Below, piece after piece: positions 31,898-45,504 of a stretch of 64,000 bases of DNA. Within the stretch, counting starts at the first letter, position 1. Each line of letters opens with the position of its first letter. A program made the translations under genes and the position numbers. The notes under the pieces are model-generated. The model made no database searches, was not told the origin of the DNA, and saw nothing but the letters and a program-made list of their open reading frames with translations. Source of the DNA: Candidatus Eiseniibacteriota bacterium (GTDB lineage Bacteria; Eisenbacteria; RBG-16-71-46; CAZAMP01); the NCBI GenBank assembly GCA_965224245.1, contig OZ245046.1, forward strand, positions 1,856,001-1,920,000, read 5' to 3'.

Positions 31898-33420
31898 CCG
31901 AGTCGTCCTCCCGGTCCGCGCCGCCAGGCGGCGGTCGTGATCAGGATCAGGCCCAGCGGGATCACGATCCAGTCACCGAAGCGGACGTACGGTGTCAATC
32001 GGTCGGTCGCGTCGATCGTGCAGTCCAGGGTGTTCATCTCGAACGTGCCCAGGCGGGCGATGGCGCGTCCCGCGCGATCGATGCACATCGAGATGCCCGT
32101 GTTCGCGCAGCGCACCATCGGGCGGCGCGTCTCCACGGCCCGATAGCGGGAGAGGTTCGCGTGCTGGTACGGGCCGGCCGTGTCACCGAACCAGACGTCG
32201 TTCGTGATGTTCACCAGGAACGTCGCCCCGGACCGAACGAGGTCCCGCGCCAGGTCGGGGTAGATCGCCTCGATGCAGATCATCATGCCCGCCCGCTCGC
32301 CGGCCGCCTCGAACGGGGCCGGATCGGTGCCCGGCGTGAAGTCCGCCTGCCCGAAGTTGATCTCCATCAGCCTGAGGAAACGAAACGGCAGCCACTCGCT
32401 GAACGGGACGAGGTGTCGCTTGCGATAGATCGGATGATCGCCGTGGACGCCCGGCTCGATCAGGGTGGCGGCGTTGTAGAAGACGTCCTCTTCGTCGACG
32501 ACGTCGACGTGCGGCATGCCGGTGACGATCGGGATGCCCGTGCGCGTCGTCCAGTCCTCGAGCTCGGCGCGGTACCCGGCGCCACCCGGGTGCATCAGAC
32601 GGAACGGGAGCGCGGTCTCGGGCCACACGATCAGCTTCACGCCGGCGTCGGCCAGCTCGTCGCTCTGGTGAAGGTACCGCGTGAAGACCGCGTTGCGGTT
32701 CACGGGGTTCCACTTCTCGCCGGCGCCCAGGTTGGGCTGGATCAGTCCGACGTGGATCGCGCGGGCGGAGGCGTCGGCGGCGCCGAGCTGGATCACGCCG
32801 TACGTCAGGGCCGCGGCCGTGATCACGCTCGCGGCCGACAGCGAGCGCTGCGAGCGGGCAGCGAGGAGCGCCGTCACCAGGAGCGTGACGAACGAGAGCC
32901 CGAAGAGCCCGTAGAGATCGAGCGTCTGGTAGAGCATCGGAATGCCGGCCAGCGCGTTGCCGATCCCGAGCCACGCGAAGCCCATGACGCCCTTGGCGCC
33001 GATCCACTCCCCGATCGCCCAGGCGGCCGCCAGCGCGATGCCGACCGGAACCCGGCTCCCACGGGCGATCCGAACCGCGACCGTGAACGCCACCGCGGGC
33101 CAGAACCCGAGGTACGCGCACATCAGCACCAGCGCCGGCCACATGACCCACGTGTACGTCAGGTTGTCGGGGACCATCGACGGGATCCAGATCATGACGG
33201 TCGCCACCTGGGCGCCGGCGTACAGCCATCCGATCGCCAGCGTCCGCCTGAGCGACGTCGACCCATCGGGGTGCGCGGCGCGCGCGGCGAGCCAGAACAG
33301 CGGGAGGAGACACAGGGGCGTCAGGGCGCTGAGCCAGGGGAGCTTGGGCCAGAACGGCACCGAGAGGAGCGCTCCCGCCAGGGGGGCCAGCCACGGGTCG
33401 ATCCGACCGGACACGGGCAT
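31894..33420 (-). CDS. lnt: apolipoprotein N-acyltransferase
   Basis: multi-TM N-terminus; WPETA, YRKRHLVPFSE, ICIE nitrilase triad; NITNDVWFG, RAVE, ANTGIS. Confidence 0.94.
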   Translation of the reverse strand: MPVSGRIDPWLAPLAGALLSVPFWPKLPWLSALTPLCLLPLFWLAARAAHPDGSTSLRRTLAIGWLYAGAQVATVMIWIPSMVPDNLTYTWVMWPALVLMCAYLGFWPAVAFTVAVRIARGSRVPVGIALAAAWAIGEWIGAKGVMGFAWLGIGNALAGIPMLYQTLDLYGLFGLSFVTLLVTALLAARSQRSLSAASVITAAALTYGVIQLGAADASARAIHVGLIQPNLGAGEKWNPVNRNAVFTRYLHQSDELADAGVKLIVWPETALPFRLMHPGGAGYRAELEDWTTRTGIPIVTGMPHVDVVDEEDVFYNAATLIEPGVHGDHPIYRKRHLVPFSEWLPFRFLRLMEINFGQADFTPGTDPAPFEAAGERAGMMICIEAIYPDLARDLVRSGATFLVNITNDVWFGDTAGPYQHANLSRYRAVETRRPMVRCANTGISMCIDRAGRAIARLGTFEMNTLDCTIDATDRLTPYVRFGDWIVIPLGLILITTAAWRRGPGGRLG

Positions 33421-33560
33421 CTCCACGGCCTGTGCGGCCGATGAGGGCGAACTGTCGCGAAAAGGGGCTCCGGCGCGGCCGGACGTGCGCGCGCAGTCTA
33501 TGAGGCCTCGGTGCCTCCCGCAAGCGCCGCTCACGCGCCCGGTGGGGCGCAGGAGCCGCG

Positions 33561-33589
33561 TTGACACACCGGCGGGACGCTGGTAGTCT
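33561..33589 (+). promoter_or_regulatory. sigma70-type promoter of rpsT
   Basis: TTGACA-N17-TAGTCT with TG extension; AAGGAG RBS at 33621. Confidence 0.75.
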
Positions 33590-33636
33590 CCTCGCCGCTC
33601 GATTCGAGGATCAACCGGTCAAGGAGATCGATCTCA

Positions 33637-33894
33637 ATGCCGCATACCAAGTCGACGTCGAAGCGACTTCGCCAGAGCAAGATCCGCCGCACGTACAACC
33701 GCGCCGTTCGCACGCGGATGCGCAACGTCATCAAGACCGCTCGTGGAGCGGAGGGGGCCGACGCGGCCACCCACGTGAGCGGCGTCTACGCGAACCTGGA
33801 TCGTGCCGTGAAGCGCGGCGTCGTCACCCGTCGCCACGCCGCCCGGATCAAGAGCCGGCTCGCGCTCCGCGCCAACCGCGAAGCCGCCGGCTAG
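33637..33894 (+). CDS. rpsT: 30S ribosomal protein S20
   Basis: MPHTKSTSKRLRQS..RR.YN, LDRAVKRGVV...AARIKSRL. Confidence 0.93.
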   Translation: MPHTKSTSKRLRQSKIRRTYNRAVRTRMRNVIKTARGAEGADAATHVSGVYANLDRAVKRGVVTRRHAARIKSRLALRANREAAG

Positions 33895-33904
33895 GCCCGA
33901 TATC

Positions 33905-33938
33905 TCGATCTGGCCGACTGGTCGATCTGGCCGACTGG
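33905..33938. repeat. perfect 17-bp tandem duplication between convergent rpsT and dapF
   Basis: TCGATCTGGCCGACTGG x2. Confidence 0.85.
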
Positions 33939-33942
33939 CCGA

Positions 33943-34761
33943 TCACGCGCCCTCGGGCGTCCAGGACCCGACGAAGCTGGTGACCGCCGGTCCCTCCAGC
34001 CACAGGCCGTCGTGATCGCGGGTCACCGTGAGCAGATCCCCGCTGGCCACCCGCACGGGAACCGTGAACGGCGCGCCGTCGCCGCCGCGGACGCAGATCG
34101 CCGCCGCCGCCGCGCCGCTCCCGCAGGCCAGCGTCTCCGCCTCGACACCCCGCTCGTAGGTGCGGAGCTCGAGCCCCTCGGGCCCCGCGTCACGGACGAC
34201 GTTCACGTTCGCTCCCTCGCGACCCAGGGCGGCGTGCCGCCGCACGCGCGGGCCGAGCTCGGCGAGGTTCACCGATCCCACGTCGGCCGTCACGAGGACG
34301 ACGTGCGGAACCCCGACGCGGACGGTCTCGATCTCCCCGTCCCATCCCGACCCCGGTAGCTCGAGCCGGCGCCGGCCCTCCGGCTCGGGCATGCTCACCG
34401 ACACGCGGCCGTCCCGCACGCGCGCCCGGCACGGCCCGGCCACCGTGGACACGACGGCGTCGGCTCCGACCCAGTCCCGCTCGTACGCGTACGCCACCGC
34501 GCACCGCGTGCCGTTGCCGCAGAACGCATCGCTGCCATCGGCGTTCCAGTACGTCACCGAGATCGCGCCGGCCCCGGTCGGGGCGACGCGGAGGACGCCG
34601 TCGGCTCCGATTCCCCGTCGCCGATCGCACATGGCGGGGACGAGTCGGGCCAGCACGCGCGCGTCGACGGCGCTCTCGTCGAGGAGCACGAAGTCGTTTC
34701 CCGCGCCGTGCATCTTGCGAAAGGCGATCGCTCCGGGCGCGCCGGCGGGGGTGTCCGTCAT
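33943..34761 (-). CDS. dapF: diaminopimelate epimerase
   Basis: FRKMHGAGNDF, GIGADG, NADGS..CGNGTRC, TYERGVEAETLACGSG. Confidence 0.95.
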   Translation of the reverse strand: MTDTPAGAPGAIAFRKMHGAGNDFVLLDESAVDARVLARLVPAMCDRRRGIGADGVLRVAPTGAGAISVTYWNADGSDAFCGNGTRCAVAYAYERDWVGADAVVSTVAGPCRARVRDGRVSVSMPEPEGRRRLELPGSGWDGEIETVRVGVPHVVLVTADVGSVNLAELGPRVRRHAALGREGANVNVVRDAGPEGLELRTYERGVEAETLACGSGAAAAAICVRGGDGAPFTVPVRVASGDLLTVTRDHDGLWLEGPAVTSFVGSWTPEGA

Positions 34762-36230
34762 GGTGCGTCGCTCTCCCCGGTCGGCTCCGATCCGGTCGCG
34801 CCGGAAGGAGCCGCGCTGGAGTCCGAGACGTCGGGCATGAAGCTCTCCGGGCGCTGGATGGACAGCGTGTCGGGGACGGCGGCCTGCCCGGGACCGACCC
34901 AGAGCCGGAGCGTGTCGGACACCCCCGGCTCGGTCTCCCATGCGTACCGGCCGTCCCGGTCCAGGTCCCGCCAGACGAGCCCCGCGTACGGCCCGGGCGT
35001 CACCGGGCTCATCGTGTAGTCGCCGGCCCCACCCTGAATCTCGTCCGAGAGCCGCGTCGTGTCCACCTCCGACCAGAACCGGACGCGGATCGGGCACGCG
35101 CAGTACACCGAGTCGATCCGCGCGCGGGGATCCAGCATCCGAGATGCCGCGATCGATGCCGAGTCCGGCACCGAGACCGCGTCCGAGCGCGCGCGGAGCG
35201 AGTCGGCGACCGCGCGGAGCGAGTCGATCCTCGCGCCCCGCCGCGGCGCGTCGTCACCGGCCGCCTCGTCGATCGGCGCCACCAGCTGGCCGTAGAGGCT
35301 GTCCGCGCGGGCGGAGAGCACGGTCTTCGCCGTGCGCAGGCTGTCCTGGGCGGCGAACAGCGAGTCCGTGCGCGCGCGACGCCGCTGCCGGAGCGTGACC
35401 AGCGCGCTGCAGGTGGTATCGCGTACCGTCCCCTGGATGCGCCCCGGCTCGTCCGGATACACCAGCGCGATCGACAGGTCGAGCGGGCCACCGCCGGAGT
35501 CCGGGACGACCGGGGTCAGAACACGGCAGTACAGATCCGACCGCGCGTCCCAGTCGCGGTTCTCGTTCCCGTCGTGGAACGCGCCGATCTCGTACGCGCG
35601 ACCGGGAGCCAGCCCCGGCACGAGGAACCGTCCCTCGGCGTCCGGCTCGGCGATCGAGACCGCGTCGTAGATGTTCACGTCGGTGGTGTCGGCGATTCGA
35701 CGGTCGAACGCCAGCACCAGAACCGGCGCCGACAGCCCTCCGAGGCGCACGAGCGTCCCGCCGGCCCGCCCCAGATGCGCCTCGTCACCGGTGCTGAACA
35801 CGACGAGACCCGGCTCGGTCACACGGTTCCGCCTCCGGTCCTGCATCGTCGCGCGCAGCACGACGGTGTACGTCGTCTCCGGTTGCCAGCCGGTGGCGGG
35901 CTCCAGCGAGAGCGTGTCCTCCTCCCACGTGCGGCGACCCCAGTCCACGTGCGGGCGCACGACGATGCCGTCCTCGGCCGATCCCCGGTCCATTCGCTCG
36001 GAGAAGACGACCCGCAGCGGGGCGTCCAGCGGCACCGACGTCTCGAACAGCCTCGGCCGGGTTCCCACCACGCTGGGCGGGGATCGATCGGGCGGCCCGC
36101 CCGAGGGCGGGACCTTGTTCGCGCACCCGATCCCGGCGGCCAGGACCCCCGCACCGGCGAGGACGAGTCCGAGCACCGCGCGCGCGCTGCCGGGCGCGCG
36201 CTTCGACGTCGAGTGGACCACGTTCAGCAC
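34758..36230 (-). CDS. lipoprotein with Ig-like (Big_5-type) and carboxypeptidase-regulatory-like domains
   Basis: lipobox-like GIG-C, CA..PPSGGPPD..PP, VFSERMD, TTYTV, FSTG, DGNENRDWD and DLDRDGRY loops. Confidence 0.7.
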   Translation of the reverse strand: MLNVVHSTSKRAPGSARAVLGLVLAGAGVLAAGIGCANKVPPSGGPPDRSPPSVVGTRPRLFETSVPLDAPLRVVFSERMDRGSAEDGIVVRPHVDWGRRTWEEDTLSLEPATGWQPETTYTVVLRATMQDRRRNRVTEPGLVVFSTGDEAHLGRAGGTLVRLGGLSAPVLVLAFDRRIADTTDVNIYDAVSIAEPDAEGRFLVPGLAPGRAYEIGAFHDGNENRDWDARSDLYCRVLTPVVPDSGGGPLDLSIALVYPDEPGRIQGTVRDTTCSALVTLRQRRRARTDSLFAAQDSLRTAKTVLSARADSLYGQLVAPIDEAAGDDAPRRGARIDSLRAVADSLRARSDAVSVPDSASIAASRMLDPRARIDSVYCACPIRVRFWSEVDTTRLSDEIQGGAGDYTMSPVTPGPYAGLVWRDLDRDGRYAWETEPGVSDTLRLWVGPGQAAVPDTLSIQRPESFMPDVSDSSAAPSGATGSEPTGESDAP

Positions 36231-37135
36231 ATCAAGACGTCCAGGAGGCCCTTCTGGGCGTGCAGGCGATTGTGTGCCTCCGGGAACACCACCGACTGCG
36301 GTCCGTCGATGACCTCGGCGGCGACCTCCTCGCCCCGATGCGCGGGCAGGCAGTGCATGAACAGCGCGTCGGGCTTCGCACGCGCCATCATGGCCGCGTC
36401 GACCTGGAAGCCCTGGAAGCGCGCCAGGCGCTCGGCCTTCTCGTCCTCCTGCCCCATGCTGGCCCAGACGTCCGTGTACACGACGTCGGCGCCCTCGGTC
36501 CCCGCCACAGGATCGGTGGTCGCGAGGACGCTCGCGCCACGCGCCCGGGCGGCCGACACGATCGCGTCGTTCGGGGCGTAGCCCTCCGGATGCACTACGC
36601 GCACCTCCATCCGGTAGTGGATCGCGGCGTTGATCCAGGAGTGCGCGACGTTGTTCCCATCCCCCACGAAGGCCACCGTCAGCCCATCGAGGCGGCGGCC
36701 GTGCTCGCGGGCCGTCATCAGGTCGGCCAGGATCTGGCAGGGGTGATAGCCGTCGGTCAGGGCGTTCACGACGGGCACGCTCGCGTGCTCGGCCAGCTCC
36801 TCGACGAACGCGTCGGCGAACGTGCGGATGACGATGCCGTCGACGTAGCCCGACAGCACGTGCGCGATGTCGTGCACGGTCTCCCGCGTGTTCATCCCGA
36901 TCTCGCGATCGGTGATGAAGAGCGCGCTCCCGCCCATCTGGTTCATGCCGGTCTCGAAGCTCACGCGGGTGCGGAGGCTCGGCTTGTGGAAGATCATCGC
37001 GAGCGACTTCCCGCGCATCCGATCCGACGCGCCGTCCCGCTGGAAGGCCGTCTTGATCTCCACCGCGCGGTCGAGAACCCGATCGATCGAGTCGCGATCC
37101 CAGTCGGCGAGCGACACGAGATGGCGTGGGGTCAT
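36224..37135 (-). CDS. argF: ornithine carbamoyltransferase
   Basis: SLRTRVSF, HPCQILAD, GDGNNV, TDVWASMG, HCLP. Confidence 0.93.
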   Translation of the reverse strand: MTPRHLVSLADWDRDSIDRVLDRAVEIKTAFQRDGASDRMRGKSLAMIFHKPSLRTRVSFETGMNQMGGSALFITDREIGMNTRETVHDIAHVLSGYVDGIVIRTFADAFVEELAEHASVPVVNALTDGYHPCQILADLMTAREHGRRLDGLTVAFVGDGNNVAHSWINAAIHYRMEVRVVHPEGYAPNDAIVSAARARGASVLATTDPVAGTEGADVVYTDVWASMGQEDEKAERLARFQGFQVDAAMMARAKPDALFMHCLPAHRGEEVAAEVIDGPQSVVFPEAHNRLHAQKGLLDVLMC

Positions 37136-38097
37136 GGTGAGGGGTCTCCCTTGGGTTCGAGGTCGTGTCGCCGGGACCGGGGGCGCCGCCGGGCCGCAGC
37201 GCTCGCCTCGGCCCGCGGATGGGCGCGATCGTACGAGCGGCGAAGCCGCTCCACCGTGAGGTGCGTGTACACCTGCGTGCTCGTCAGCGCCCGGTGCCCG
37301 AGCAACTCCTGGACCGCTCTGAGATCCGCGCCCCGCTCGAGCAGGTGCGTCGCGAACGTGTGTCGGAGCGTGTGAGGCGAGAGTCGCGTCTGGGCGCTGA
37401 CCTGCCTCAGCAATCGCGTCGCGACGTTCTGCACGGTGCGACGCGAGAGGCGACGTCCCCCGCGTCCCACGAACACCGGCTCGTCACGGAGATTCGCGGG
37501 CGCCGGCCGTTCCGGCGAGGCCAGATAGGTCCGGAGCGCGTCGATCGCGGCCCGTCCCAGCGGCGCCAGACGCTCGGTGGACCCCTTGCCCCGGACGTGC
37601 ACGACGCCGGCCCGCCAGTCGACGTCGGCCACGTTCATGCCCACCAGCTCCGACAGACGCACGCCGCTCGCGTAGAACGTCTCCAGGATGGCCCGGTCGC
37701 GGTCGGACTCCATCCGGTCGGGCTCGAACAGGCGCGCGGCCTCGGCCTGGGTCAGGTGAACGGGTAGCCGCCGGTCGGCCTTGGGTCGCGACAGCTCGCG
37801 CGCGGGATTGTCGTCCAGGATCTCGCGATCCACCAGGTAGTCCCCGAAGCTCCGGAGCGCGGCGATCTTCCGCGCGATGGTGCGCGGGCGATGCCCGGCG
37901 ACGCGAAGCGACGCCACGTAGCGCCGCAGAGCCACGAACGAGAACGCCGTGACCTCGGGGTCGGCCTCGGCCTGGGCGGCGATGAACCCCCGCACGTCCC
38001 GCCGGTAGGCGGCGACGGTGTGCGGCGAGAGATCACGGATGTCGCGCAGCTGCGACACGAAGCCGCGAGCCGCCTGCTCGAGACCGACGCTCGTCAT
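37132..38097 (-). CDS. xerC: tyrosine recombinase XerC
   Basis: N-terminal SAM-like domain (HTVAAYRRD), SGVRLSEL, GKG..ER, HTLRHTFATHLL, LGH, TQVYTH; GGAGG RBS. Confidence 0.88.
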   Translation of the reverse strand: MTSVGLEQAARGFVSQLRDIRDLSPHTVAAYRRDVRGFIAAQAEADPEVTAFSFVALRRYVASLRVAGHRPRTIARKIAALRSFGDYLVDREILDDNPARELSRPKADRRLPVHLTQAEAARLFEPDRMESDRDRAILETFYASGVRLSELVGMNVADVDWRAGVVHVRGKGSTERLAPLGRAAIDALRTYLASPERPAPANLRDEPVFVGRGGRRLSRRTVQNVATRLLRQVSAQTRLSPHTLRHTFATHLLERGADLRAVQELLGHRALTSTQVYTHLTVERLRRSYDRAHPRAEASAAARRRPRSRRHDLEPKGDPSP

Positions 38098-38327
38098 GCG
38101 GGTGCCTCCGAATGATCGGGGTCGGACGATACGAGCCCCCACACCCCCGAATCCACTCCGAAATGGGGATCGTCCCCTCTCGGGGCGGCACGGGGTTTCC
38201 CGACGGTGCGGCTTCCGCTGGCGGGGGTACAGTTGATAGGGTCTCCGCGCTCGGGAGTGTGCCGGCGGGACGGTGATCGGGGTGAACCGATCGGGGACGA
38301 ACGCGAGAGGTCGAGGGTGAAGACACG

Positions 38328-40367
38328 ATGATCGATCGTCACGACGGACGATTGACGTGGCGATCGGTCGTGGGGCCCGCTCTGGTCGCCCTCCTCGGCG
38401 TGGCGCTCGCGTCGACGGCCGTGTCCGCGATCCGGAACCAGTACCTCGCGCTGGGCTTCACGCGCACGCCGTGGATCGTCCTCGGGGACGAGATCCGATC
38501 GGCGGCGCCGATCGTCGGCGCCCTCGGGCTCTGGTGCGCGCTCGTGGTGCTCGCCATCGGGCGTCTGCCCCGCCGATCCCGGTCGCTCGACGCATCCGCG
38601 CCGGGCGCACGCTTCGCGAGTCCCGCGCGGCGTATCTCGCTGGCCATCGCCTCGGGTCTGGCCATCACCGCGCTCCTCCGGGTCGCCTACGCGTTCAATC
38701 GCTTCCACGCCGACGTGAACTGGTCGTGGCGGCGCGACTGGCACGGCCTGCCGGTTCCGGACGTCTTCTTCCGGCCGATGGTGTGGCTCCAGAACGCCGG
38801 CATCATCCTGGGTGCAGCCGTGTGCGGGTGGCTCCTCTACCGTCTCCTGTGGCTCGGTCTCGGGCGACGGCCGTCGGCGGCGCGGGCGCTCCACCGCGTG
38901 GCGGCGGCGTGGCCGACGATCGTGGCCACCACGCTGGCGCTCGTCGCCCTCCTGATCGTCGCGCACGCTCACCGCGCGCGCACCCCCGAGCGTCCCAACG
39001 TCGTCGTGATCTCGCTGGACACGCTGAGGGCGGATCACCTCGGTGCATACGGCTACTCCAGGCCGACCTCCCCCACGCTGGACGCGTTCGCCCGTGACGG
39101 GGTGCTCTTCGAGTGGACGATCGGGCAGGCCGAGGCCACGCTGCCGTCACACATGTCGATCTTCACCGCCAAGCTCCCGTCGGGACACGGCGTGTGGAAC
39201 CACAACCACGTGCTCGCTCCCCCGGTGGTCACGATGGCCGAGGCCTTCCGCGAGGAGGGATACCGGACGGCGGCATTCGTGGACGCCGGCCACATGCTGA
39301 AGCTGTTCGGCTTCGGGCAGGGCTTCGACGTCTATCACGATCGCTTCAAGCGCCTGGCGGGATCGGTCGACATGGCCATCGAGTGGCTGGACGCTCTCGG
39401 AGACGACGACCGGTACCTGCTGTTCGTACACGGGTACGACATCCACACGCCGTACTCGCCGTGGTCGCCGTACCGAAAGGACTTCGTCGATCCGACGTAC
39501 ACCGAGCCCGCGGTCGAGCCCAACGTGGATACGATGGCCAAGATCACCTGGCGGCTGGCGGCCGACTCGACGTACGTGGATCCGATCGACGCACGCAACC
39601 GGGAGTACATCGTCGCCTGCTACGACGCCGCCATTCGCTGGGCCGACGACCAGGTGGCGCGGCTCCTGGCGCACATGCAGGCGCGCGGAGACCTCGACGA
39701 CACGTGGGTGGTCGTTCTCTCCGATCACGGCGAGGAGTTCGGCGAGCACGGCGCGTACCTGCACGAGAAGCTCTACCACACGGTCACCCACGTGCCGCTG
39801 ATCGTACGACCGCCGTCCGGCCCCCTCGGGGCGCGCTTCGAGGCGCGGCGCGGGGCCCGCGTTTCCGACGTGACCAGCCTCGTGGACGTGTTCCCGACCC
39901 TGGCCGAGATCTCGTCGATCCCGGCGCGCGCCGACTGGGTGGGAGCGAGCCTCGTGCCCTACCTCGAAGGCCGGTCCGCTCGATCCGATCTCGCCGGCGA
40001 CGCTCCCGACTCGCTCGCGGCCGGCCGCCGGGCGGCGAGTCGGGTCGCATACAGCCAGAGCTATCGCTTCGGGCACGTCCGGGCCATCACGTCCGACTCG
40101 CTCCACATCCTCAGCAGCGAGGACGCACGCGATCACTTCGAGCTCTACCGCCATCGCGAGGACCGAGCCGAGCAGGACCCGACCCGGGTGATGCTCGGCG
40201 AGAACGGCGCGCTCGTCGACGGTCCTTACGACGCGCGAGGTCGCGCCCTCACGGGCCGGCTTCGCCAGTGGATGGACGAGACCCGCGCGCGCATCCTCGG
40301 CAACGAGGCGCGGCGCTTCCTCGGCTCGGACTTCAAGACCCTGCGGAACCTCGGCTACATCCAGTAG
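38328..40367 (+). CDS. membrane-anchored sulfatase/alkaline-phosphatase-superfamily enzyme
   Basis: about 5 N-terminal TM segments; NVVVISLDTLRADHL, TLPSH, HTPY, SDHGEEF, HVPLI, LRNLGYI. Confidence 0.85.
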   Translation: MIDRHDGRLTWRSVVGPALVALLGVALASTAVSAIRNQYLALGFTRTPWIVLGDEIRSAAPIVGALGLWCALVVLAIGRLPRRSRSLDASAPGARFASPARRISLAIASGLAITALLRVAYAFNRFHADVNWSWRRDWHGLPVPDVFFRPMVWLQNAGIILGAAVCGWLLYRLLWLGLGRRPSAARALHRVAAAWPTIVATTLALVALLIVAHAHRARTPERPNVVVISLDTLRADHLGAYGYSRPTSPTLDAFARDGVLFEWTIGQAEATLPSHMSIFTAKLPSGHGVWNHNHVLAPPVVTMAEAFREEGYRTAAFVDAGHMLKLFGFGQGFDVYHDRFKRLAGSVDMAIEWLDALGDDDRYLLFVHGYDIHTPYSPWSPYRKDFVDPTYTEPAVEPNVDTMAKITWRLAADSTYVDPIDARNREYIVACYDAAIRWADDQVARLLAHMQARGDLDDTWVVVLSDHGEEFGEHGAYLHEKLYHTVTHVPLIVRPPSGPLGARFEARRGARVSDVTSLVDVFPTLAEISSIPARADWVGASLVPYLEGRSARSDLAGDAPDSLAAGRRAASRVAYSQSYRFGHVRAITSDSLHILSSEDARDHFELYRHREDRAEQDPTRVMLGENGALVDGPYDARGRALTGRLRQWMDETRARILGNEARRFLGSDFKTLRNLGYIQ

Positions 40368-40402
40368 AGCGGCCGGCGGCGCCGTTGGGGGCGATCACGG
40401 GA

Positions 40403-41739
40403 TCAGCCGGCCAGGTCCACCGGCGTTCGCTGCCGCCATGCGGCGAGGTCCTGGAGGCTGCGGCGGTGCATCGCGAGCTGCCGGTCGCGCTTGTTCCGGA
40501 TGCGCGGAGCCGGCGGCGGCAGGAGCCCGAAGTTCACGTTCATGGGCTGAAAGCTCGTGACCTCGGGATTGGAGATGTAGCGCGTGAGCGCGCCGAGGAG
40601 CGTCGTCTCCGGCAGCGACTCGGGCTCGCGTCCCTCGACCCGAGCCAGCGCGCCGAGCGCGGCCACCAGGCCGGTTCCACACGCCTCGGTGTAGCCTTCG
40701 CACCCGGTGATCTGTCCGGCCAGGAAGAGCGCCGGCCGGTTGCGCACCTCGAGCGCGGGCGTCAGCACGCGGGGCGAGTCCACGTACGCGTTCCGGTGCA
40801 TGCTGCCCAGGCGCAGAAACTCCGCCTCCCTCAGCGCCGGGATCATCCGCAGGACGCGCTTCTGCTCGGGATAGGTGAGCCGGGTCTGACAGCCCACGAG
40901 GTTGTACATCTCGCCGCCCGCCTTCTCGCGGCGGAGCTGCACGACGGCGAACGGGCGGCGACCGGTGCGGGGGTCGACCAGCCCCACGGGCTTGAACGGC
41001 CCGAACAGCAGCGTCTTCTCGCCGCGCGACGCCAGCTCCTCGATCGGCAGGCACATCTCGAAGAGCTTCGACGACTCGAAGTCCTTGATCGCCACCCGGT
41101 CCGCCGAGACGAGCTCGCGGTGAAAGGCGCGGTACTCGTCCTCGGTCATCGGGCAGTTGACGTAGTCGTCCTCTCCGCGACCGTAACGACCGGCCGAGAA
41201 CGCCCGGTCGAGGTCGATCGACTCCGCGTCGACGATCGGGCTGATGGCGTCGAAGAAGTAGAGATCCTGCTCGCGACCGATCACGCGGCCGAGCGACGCC
41301 AGGAGCGCGTCGGTGGTCAGCGGGCCCGTCGCGAGCACCACGACACCGCTCCCGGGGACGGCGTGGACCTCGTCGCGGACCAGCTCGATCCCCGGATGCG
41401 CGGTGATCGCCTCCTCGACCGCGTTGGCGAACCGCTCGCGGTCCACGGCCAGCGCCTGGCCCGCCGGGACCGCGGCGGAGCGGGCGGCGTTCAGGATCAG
41501 CGAGTCGAAGGTCGCGATCTCGGCCTTGAAGAGCCCCGGCGCCGTGCCCTCGCGGAGCGACTTGAGGGAGTTCGTGCACACGAGCTCGGCCAGGCGACCC
41601 GTCTTGTGCGCGGGGGTGCGACGCCGGGGGCGCATCTCGAGGAGCCGCACCCGGTGTCCGCGGCGAGCGATCTGCCACGCGGCCTCGGTGCCGGCGAGCC
41701 CGCCCCCGATGACCGTGACCGCGACGCCGCCGGTCGGGG

Positions 41740-41743
<4 letters not shown>
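40403..41743 (-). CDS. trmFO: methylenetetrahydrofolate--tRNA-(uracil-5-)-methyltransferase TrmFO
   Basis: [69 protein letters not shown] overlaps secA stop. Confidence 0.95.
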
Positions 41744-45249
<3,506 letters not shown>

Positions 45250-45376
45250 GTTGACTCGCTCGGGCCGTCTCCCGCGCGGCGGCGGGTACGCCCCAGTTTG
45301 GATATCGACGTACGCGGCGCGACCGGCCGCGAGAGGGACCGCCGCCGATCGATCACGGTGAAATCAAGGGCTCCGA

Positions 45377-45406
45377 ACTCTATCAGAGTCGCCAGTCGAG
45401 CATCAA
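45377..45406 (-). promoter_or_regulatory. candidate sigma70-type promoter for secA
   Basis: TTGATG-N18-TAGAGT with TG extension. Confidence 0.4.
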
Positions 45407-45504
45407 CGACGGTGGGGAGTTCCGAGCGGCGGCGGCGCGGAGGGCGGTCGGACCGCCCTGCCGCCGACGGTGCCGGGGCGGACGAAGCCACCCTCGACGA
45501 GAGC

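Noticed and set aside
33905..33938. Short repeats as a CRISPR remnant
   Set aside because: Directly adjacent copies without spacers and no cas genes
36224..37135. SLRT motif suggesting N-acetyl/N-succinylornithine transcarbamylase
   Set aside because: The DxxxSMG and HCLP ornithine-binding motifs of ordinary OTCase are present
37132..38097. Tyrosine recombinase as a mobile-element integrase carrying the sulfatase-fold gene
   Set aside because: Size, motifs and trmFO/argF context fit housekeeping XerC; no att repeats, tRNA or cargo genes seen
38186..38200. Sigma54-like CGGCAC-N5-TTCC upstream of the sulfatase-fold gene
   Set aside because: The -12 GC dinucleotide is absent
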